Origin: Gemmatimonadota bacterium | GTDB taxonomy: Bacteria; Gemmatimonadota; Gemmatimonadetes; Gemmatimonadales; GWC2-71-9 | NCBI GenBank assembly: GCA_039588295.1 | Contig: JBDHAB010000001.1 | Coordinates: 96,001-160,000 of the forward strand | Reading direction: 5' to 3' | DNA: 64,000 nucleotides | Part shown: in pieces, positions 58,482 through 64,000 of the stretch | Layout of the letters: each line of letters begins with the position of its first letter | Position numbering within the stretch: the first letter of the stretch is position 1 | Program-made: the position numbers and the translations under genes | Notes under the pieces: generated by a model | Told to the model about the DNA's origin: nothing | What the model saw: only the letters and a program-made list of their open reading frames with translations | Database searches by the model: none

Positions 58482-59407
58482 CGCCGGAGACGGCGCCCAC
58501 AGACCCGGACCATCCGGTGCATGGCACTGTCCGTTCCTTGTTCTGAGACTGTCATTATAGTGTCTCAACTCCAAGCCCTGATCCGGCGCAGAGGTCTGCG
58601 GAGTCGGGGGCGCGTGCCATAGATGAGAATGCCGACCCAAAGTGGATTCGCGCGGCGGCCCGCGTGGCGAGCCGCAACCCAACAGACGAGCAAACGCAAC
58701 TCGAGAGGGCGACCGCCGGAGACGGGGCTCCACTATACCCGGACGCCAACAAGGCAGGCAGTGTCAGTTGTCTGTTCTGAGTCTATCGTGATTACCGTTC
58801 TAGATCCTAGGCCCTGATCCAGCACGGAAGCTCCCGTAGTCGGCGACGCTTGCCGCACATTCAGTATGCCGACCCGGTAGATTCGCGCGGCGACCCACGC
58901 GACGAGTGGCAGCCCAACGACCAGCAACACAATCGAGAGCGCGAGCATCGGAGACGGAACTCCACTCCACCCGAACGACCCCAAGGCCGCGCACTGTCAG
59001 TTGTCTGTATTGAAACTGACGCTACAGCGTCAAAGCCCTAGGCTCTGACCCAGCGCAGCAGCTCGCGTGGCCGGGGACGCTTGCCATACATCAGTATGCC
59101 GACCCGGTAGAGTCGCCGCGGCGCCCTACGTGACGAGCAGCAGCCCAACGACCAGCAACACAATTGAGAGCACGAGCATCGGAAGACGGAACTCCACTCC
59201 ACCCGAACGGCCACAAGGCGCTGCACTGTCGGTTGTCTGTATTGAAACTGACGCTACAGCGTCAAAACCCTAGGCTCTGATCCAGCGCAGCAGCTCGCGT
59301 GGCCGGGGACGCTTGCCATACATCAGTATGCCGACCCGGTAGATTCGCGCGGCGACCCACGTGACGAGCAGCAGCCCAACGACCAGCAACACAATCGAGA
59401 GCGCGAG
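58482..59407. repeat. Tandem array of four ~232-bp units (permease 3' end plus spacer)
   Basis: Stop-codon-equivalent positions at 59270, 59038, 58807, 58571 (periods 232, 231, 236). Confidence 0.95.
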
Positions 59408-60541
59408 TTCCGTGAACGGCACCGTCGCGGCTGCCCAGCGCACTGGCATGGCGATGGGCGAGCAGAAGGGAATCAGTGATAGGGTGATCGCCAGCGCCCC
59501 ATCCGGCTGCTGCAGGATGCCCAGCATCAAGATCACGGGCACAATGAGCAGCATCACCACGGGGGTCTGTGCTTGGCGTGCCTCGGCTTCTGAGTTCGAC
59601 ATCGCCGCGACGGCAGCGAACATCGCCGCATAGAGGAAATAACCCAGCAGGAAGTACGTGAGGACAATGAGTAGGGTGGCCAACGAAACCTCGGGTAGCG
59701 GGAAGCTCTGGCCGACCGCTGCATCCACCCCCGCCAGCTCCATGACCAGATCCCGACGCTTGAATAACACCCAGGCCGATAATCCCCAGATCAGAAACTG
59801 AAACAACCCGACCGCTCCCACACCGATCACCTTGCCCGCCAGGAGTTGGAACGGCCTGAGGCTGGAAACCAGCACCTCGACGATGCGAGACGTCTTCTCC
59901 TCTACTACCGACCCAAGCACCTGTACTCCATACAGCAGGATCCCCACGTACAACAGGATCCATACGGCGTAGGCCAGAATGAACGCGGATTCACCCGACT
60001 CGTCCGTCACCCGACCGCCGCGAATACTCACCGTGCGCATTCGCACGGGAATCTGCGCCTGCGCCACCTGTTCTGGGTCAACTCCGATGCGGCCCAGGCG
60101 CTCAGCAAGCACGGTTTCACGGATCAACCGCTCCAAGAGCTGCATGTCAGCGAACGACGAGACATTGGCCCCGCGATACTCGACGTGCCCATCCTCGACC
60201 GCCTCTCCAGACACGATCAGGTAACCGTCCAGTTGCTTCTCCCCGACGACCGCGTTCAATGAGTCCGTCGTCGACTCCAACGCGGCCACCTCCACCTCGA
60301 GCAGCACGGCACTCAGTGGGGCCGGACCGTTGAACACGTCGACGAGACGGTTGGCGAAGTCATCCCCGGCGACATCGATGACCGTGATCTGGCGGCGGCG
60401 GCCACCGCGCTCCGCCATCAGTATCGGCAGTACGACAATCACTGCCATGAGAACGGGTCCGAGAACGGTCGAAACGATGAACCACTTGTTGCGGACCTTC
60501 TCGACGAACTCGCGCCGGATGACCACCCAGATCTTACGCAT
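59270..60541 (-). CDS. ABC-2 type exporter permease (NatB/YhaP-like)
   Basis: VIRREFVEKVR, VVEEKTSRIVEVL, GKVIG, RIYRVGILMYGKRP. Confidence 0.92.
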   Translation of the reverse strand: MRKIWVVIRREFVEKVRNKWFIVSTVLGPVLMAVIVVLPILMAERGGRRRQITVIDVAGDDFANRLVDVFNGPAPLSAVLLEVEVAALESTTDSLNAVVGEKQLDGYLIVSGEAVEDGHVEYRGANVSSFADMQLLERLIRETVLAERLGRIGVDPEQVAQAQIPVRMRTVSIRGGRVTDESGESAFILAYAVWILLYVGILLYGVQVLGSVVEEKTSRIVEVLVSSLRPFQLLAGKVIGVGAVGLFQFLIWGLSAWVLFKRRDLVMELAGVDAAVGQSFPLPEVSLATLLIVLTYFLLGYFLYAAMFAAVAAMSNSEAEARQAQTPVVMLLIVPVILMLGILQQPDGALAITLSLIPFCSPIAMPVRWAAATVPFTELALSIVLLVVGLLLVTWVAARIYRVGILMYGKRPRPRELLRWIRA

Positions 60542-61496
60542 CGGCACGCTCCTCCTCGGCCCGCGGGGCGAGTGCGTCGGCACCGACCAGGTCAATGAAG
60601 ATCTTGTTCAACGTGGGCTCCGCGACCTCGAACCGGCTCACCCGCGCCCCAGCGCGCACGATCTCCCCAAGCAGTCGCTGTGGGTCGGCGTCATCCGCCA
60701 GCTCCAGCTCGGCATACTGCCCGTAGCTGTCGGACTTCGCGACCAACGCGGGATCGCTCAGCACAAAACCGATCGAGGCGAGGCCATTCTCAACCGCGAT
60801 AATCACATGTTGCCCACCGTGCTCGCGTTTGACGTCCGCCAGGCGTCCGTCGACCACCTTCTCACCACGGGCAATGATGCAGACGGAGTCGCAGAGCTTC
60901 TCTGCTTGCTCCATGATGTGCGTCGAGAACAACACGGTCGTTCCCTGGCGCGCCAGCTCCATGACGACGTCCTTCATGAGCTGTGTGTTAACGGGATCGA
61001 AGCCGGAAAACGGCTCGTCGAGGATCAGCAGTTCCGGTTCGTGAAGCACCGTCGAAATGAACTGCACTTTCTGTTGCATGCCCTTCGAGAGGTCGTCCAC
61101 CCGCTTTGCCGCCCAGTCCATGAGGCCCAACCGATCCAGCCAGTGACGTGACTGACGCTTGGCAGCGCGGCGACGGACCCCCTTCGCCTCCGCCAAAAAC
61201 ACCAGCAGGTCCAGCACTTTCATCTTCCGGTACAGCCCTCGCTCCTCTGGGAGATACCCAATGCGATGGCTCAGGTCGCGACCCGATGCCGGCACACCGA
61301 ACAAGGTGATGCCACCCTCGTCCGGCACGATGATGTTCATGATCATCCGGATCGTGGTCGTCTTTCCCGCTCCGTTGGGACCAAGAAGCCCGTAGACCGC
61401 CCCGCGTGTCACGCCGAGGGTGAGTTCCCGAACAGCGGTGTGTCCGGTATACCGCTTGGTGATGCTGCGAATGTCGATGACGAGGTCGTTGCGCAT
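60534..61496 (-). CDS. ABC exporter ATP-binding protein (NatA/YhaQ-like)
   Basis: GPNGAGKTT, LSKGMQQK, LILDEP. Confidence 0.95.
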   Translation of the reverse strand: MRNDLVIDIRSITKRYTGHTAVRELTLGVTRGAVYGLLGPNGAGKTTTIRMIMNIIVPDEGGITLFGVPASGRDLSHRIGYLPEERGLYRKMKVLDLLVFLAEAKGVRRRAAKRQSRHWLDRLGLMDWAAKRVDDLSKGMQQKVQFISTVLHEPELLILDEPFSGFDPVNTQLMKDVVMELARQGTTVLFSTHIMEQAEKLCDSVCIIARGEKVVDGRLADVKREHGGQHVIIAVENGLASIGFVLSDPALVAKSDSYGQYAELELADDADPQRLLGEIVRAGARVSRFEVAEPTLNKIFIDLVGADALAPRAEEERADA

Positions 61497-61552
61497 GGCC
61501 CAGCCTACGGGAGAACGTGGCGAGCGTACGATAACGGGCACGCCAACGCCTG

Positions 61553-61578
61553 GGAACCCAACCATTGAGCGCCCCGTT
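61553..61578 (+). promoter_or_regulatory. ECF-sigma-type promoter
   Basis: GGAAC-N17-CGTT upstream of the anti-sigma gene. Confidence 0.55.
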
Positions 61579-61678
61579 TACCGTGGTGAGGAGCTACGTC
61601 ACCCACGTCGAAGAGGAGCGTACGGGGTTTCTCGGCGGCGCTGCCTTCGGACATGCCCGCGGGATCACCCTCGTGACT

Positions 61679-62434
61679 ATGAGCTGCAACCACGTTCGAC
61701 AACAACTGTGGCCGGATCCCCATGCGGCTGCTTCCGCGCCCGAGGCAATGGCAGCACTGGCGCATTACCGGGGATGCGTTGCCTGCCAGAGGTTCTTCGC
61801 GCTCGACGGTGACATCGGTCGTCGTCTGCTCTCGCTGCGCGAGTGCGCCCGGGCACCGGCTACACTGCACCGCCGTATCGAGCGCGCCATTGCCGCGGAA
61901 CGCTCCGTCCGTCGACGACCGCGCGTACGGTGGCTCGGGCCCGCGGGTCTCGTGGCCGCGGCCGCGGTCGCCGTTGCGGTGATCGGCCTCCCCCGGTCGT
62001 CTCCGTGGCTCGCCCAGCCCGTCGCCCAAGAGGCCCGGCTCGGCTTGACGGCGGCGAGTGGGTCGTTCACCAACACCGACGCCGGGGTGCTGGCATCCTG
62101 GCTGCAGGAGCGCATGGGGTACTCGGTGGACATTCCGGACATCGCCGGTGCTCGCGTGGTCGGCGCCCGGGTAGCCACGATCGGGGAGGGGCAAGGGGCG
62201 GTTGTGGTTTACGAGTACAGCGGAACGCGTCTCACATACATTGCGCTGCCGACCATCGACGGTCGGGGGACACAGCTGCGCGCAGGGATGGTCACGTCTG
62301 CCGCGGCCGACGGCTATGAAATAGCCCTCTGGACCGAGAACGGGGCGCTCCGCGCCGTCGCCGCACCCCTGTCACGCAGCACACTCATCGGTGTGGCTGA
62401 GGAGTGCCGTCGGAAGGCAACGACAGCGAGCTGA
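61679..62434 (+). CDS. Membrane-anchored zinc-binding anti-sigma factor
   Basis: MSC...HYRGCVAC (HxxxCxxC), one TM helix, extracytoplasmic domain. Confidence 0.8.
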   Translation: MSCNHVRQQLWPDPHAAASAPEAMAALAHYRGCVACQRFFALDGDIGRRLLSLRECARAPATLHRRIERAIAAERSVRRRPRVRWLGPAGLVAAAAVAVAVIGLPRSSPWLAQPVAQEARLGLTAASGSFTNTDAGVLASWLQERMGYSVDIPDIAGARVVGARVATIGEGQGAVVVYEYSGTRLTYIALPTIDGRGTQLRAGMVTSAAADGYEIALWTENGALRAVAAPLSRSTLIGVAEECRRKATTAS

Positions 62435-62490
62435 GCCAAAAACCTGCGCCTACCACCCCCGACGGCCAGCACGACCAGTCCACCGTACTG

Positions 62491-62649
62491 GAAGTCGGCA
62501 TGGGTGCATCGGTCCTGCACGGCGTAGACGTCCCCCTCGACCCGTATCAGGCACACACGCTCTCCGGCTGAGAGCTGCACGCCGAGCGGCATCCCCTCAC
62601 TGAGTTGATCGAGCGTCGCGACACACTCAAACCTTGATTCCTCTCTCAT
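62491..62649 (-). pseudogene. Truncated Rieske (2Fe-2S) ferredoxin
   Basis: VCLIRVEGDVYAVQDRCTHADF has the first CxH box; the second CxxH box is absent and the frame runs into unrelated sequence. Confidence 0.75.
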
Positions 62650-62677
62650 CCCTCCTCACCGATCAGCACAACCCCGA

Positions 62678-63130
62678 TCACTCCGTCGAGACCAATCCAC
62701 GGTCTCCGACGAGGGCCTCGTGGAGCGTGTGCCACGGGAGGGCCGCGCACTTGACGCGGGCCGGGAACTGGCGGACACCCGCGAGCGCAGCCAACTTGCC
62801 CAGCGACTTGGTGTCCGGGGTGGCGTCCGGCCCAGCCGTCACCATCGCGTGGAACGCCCGGAACAGCTCTTCCGCCGCCTCTTTCGTCATTCCCTTGACG
62901 GCCGCCGTCATGAGAGACGCCGACGCCTGAGAGATCGCGCACCCGGACCCTTGGAACCCCACGTCCTCGATCACGTCGTCCTCGAGCCGCACATACAGGG
63001 TGATCTCGTCACCGCAGAGGGGGTTGGTGCCCTCGACGGTACGGTTGGCATCGGAGAGTTGTCGGAAGTTCCGCGGGCTGCGATTGTGGTCGAGGACAAT
63101 TTGCTGGTACAGCTCCCGAAGGTCGGCCAT
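62678..63130 (-). CDS. sufU: SUF system NifU-family sulfur-transfer protein
   Basis: ELYQQIVLDH, NPLCGDE, GCAISQAS, RVKCA. Confidence 0.93.
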   Translation of the reverse strand: MADLRELYQQIVLDHNRSPRNFRQLSDANRTVEGTNPLCGDEITLYVRLEDDVIEDVGFQGSGCAISQASASLMTAAVKGMTKEAAEELFRAFHAMVTAGPDATPDTKSLGKLAALAGVRQFPARVKCAALPWHTLHEALVGDRGLVSTE

Positions 63131-64000
63131 TACCCAAACACCTCACGGACCTTCAACACCCCTCGAACGAGCGCGTCTACTTCGTCCCGGGTATTGTAGA
63201 ACGCCAGTGACGCGCGGGCCGTAGCCGGAACACCCAGTCGCTCCATGACCGGCTGGGTACAGTGGTGACCCGTGCGGATTGCGATCCCCTCCTGGTCCAG
63301 GATCGTCCCGATGTCGTGGGCATGCACACCCTCCATGACAAACGACACCACGCTCGCCTTGTGCTTTGCGGTGCCTACGATGCGCACCCCGCCGACGGCC
63401 GCGAGCGATTCCGTGGCATACCCAAGCAGGTCGTGTTCATGATCCTGGATCCAATCCCACGACAGGTGGCGCAGATAATCCACGGCGGCGCCCAAGCCGA
63501 TGGCACCTGCGATATGCGGTGTGCCGGCCTCGAACTTGGCCGGCAACGGGGCATACGTGGTCTTTTCAAATCGAACGGATCGAATCATCTCGCCACCGCC
63601 TTGATACGGTGGCATGGCGTCGAGCAGTGCGGCTTTCCCGTACAACACGCCGATTCCTGTGGGGCCGAACATCTTGTGGCCGGAGATCGCATAGAAGTCC
63701 GCGTCGAGATCCCGCACATCAATCGGTGTGTGCGGAGCTGCCTGCGCCCCGTCCACCAAGACCGGCACGCCGGCGGCGTGCGCCCGCGCGACGATGTGCT
63801 TGATGGGATTAATCGTCCCCAGGGAGTTGGAGATGTGGACGACCGCAACCAGCTTCGTTCGCTCGGTCAGGAGACGATCGAGGGCATCGATCTCCAGCTC
63901 TCCGGCGTCCGTCATTGGAATCACCCGAAGTGTGGCCCCTGTGGCCTCTGCTATGATTTGCCACGGCACCAGGTTGGAGTGGTGCTCCATCGCCGAGAGA
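63130..64000 (-). CDS. sufS: Cysteine desulfurase, cut off at the right window edge
   Basis: [25 protein letters not shown]. Confidence 0.95.
   Translation of the reverse strand, partial: LSAMEHHSNLVPWQIIAEATGATLRVIPMTDAGELEIDALDRLLTERTKLVAVVHISNSLGTINPIKHIVARAHAAGVPVLVDGAQAAPHTPIDVRDLDADFYAISGHKMFGPTGIGVLYGKAALLDAMPPYQGGGEMIRSVRFEKTTYAPLPAKFEAGTPHIAGAIGLGAAVDYLRHLSWDWIQDHEHDLLGYATESLAAVGGVRIVGTAKHKASVVSFVMEGVHAHDIGTILDQEGIAIRTGHHCTQPVMERLGVPATARASLAFYNTRDEVDALVRGVLKVREVFG

Noticed and set aside
58482..59407. Array as a diversity-generating retroelement TR/VR or as a CRISPR array
   Set aside because: Mismatches are not adenine-specific and include indels, no RT is present, and units are ~232 bp with homologous rather than unique spacers

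Overview
GC-rich bacterial chromosomal segment. Gene content and protein style suggest Gemmatimonadota (inference). It is probably origin-proximal (mnmG-parA-parB plus two parS sites). Most of it is housekeeping: nptA-phoU, ispH, pfkA, lon, fused 2-oxoacid dehydrogenase E1, rsgA, proline dehydrogenase, fadIJ, glpD, DHS-like/LOG/class V aminotransferase, queG, an ABC-2 exporter and sufSU. I see no rRNA, tRNA, IS, prophage or CRISPR array. Main highlights: (1) a polarised tandem array of ~232-bp units (58482-59407), each made of the last ~138 bp of an ABC permease gene plus a spacer, diverging more with distance from the gene; (2) a SelW/Rdx-type CxxU selenoprotein with a SECIS-like hairpin, missed by the ORF track, just upstream of pfkA; (3) an imuA-less mutagenesis operon (Zn-ribbon mini-protein, radical SAM, ImuB-like, small ORF, DnaE2) headed by a 4-half-site TTCGGG/CCCGAA operator, with clamp-binding-like motifs in three proteins; (4) an M28 peptidase homologue that has lost most metal ligands; (5) three apparent deletion scars (thioesterase, ECF sigma, Rieske ferredoxin); (6) a recurring leaderless-promoter signature. 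All calls come from manual reading; no database searches were run.
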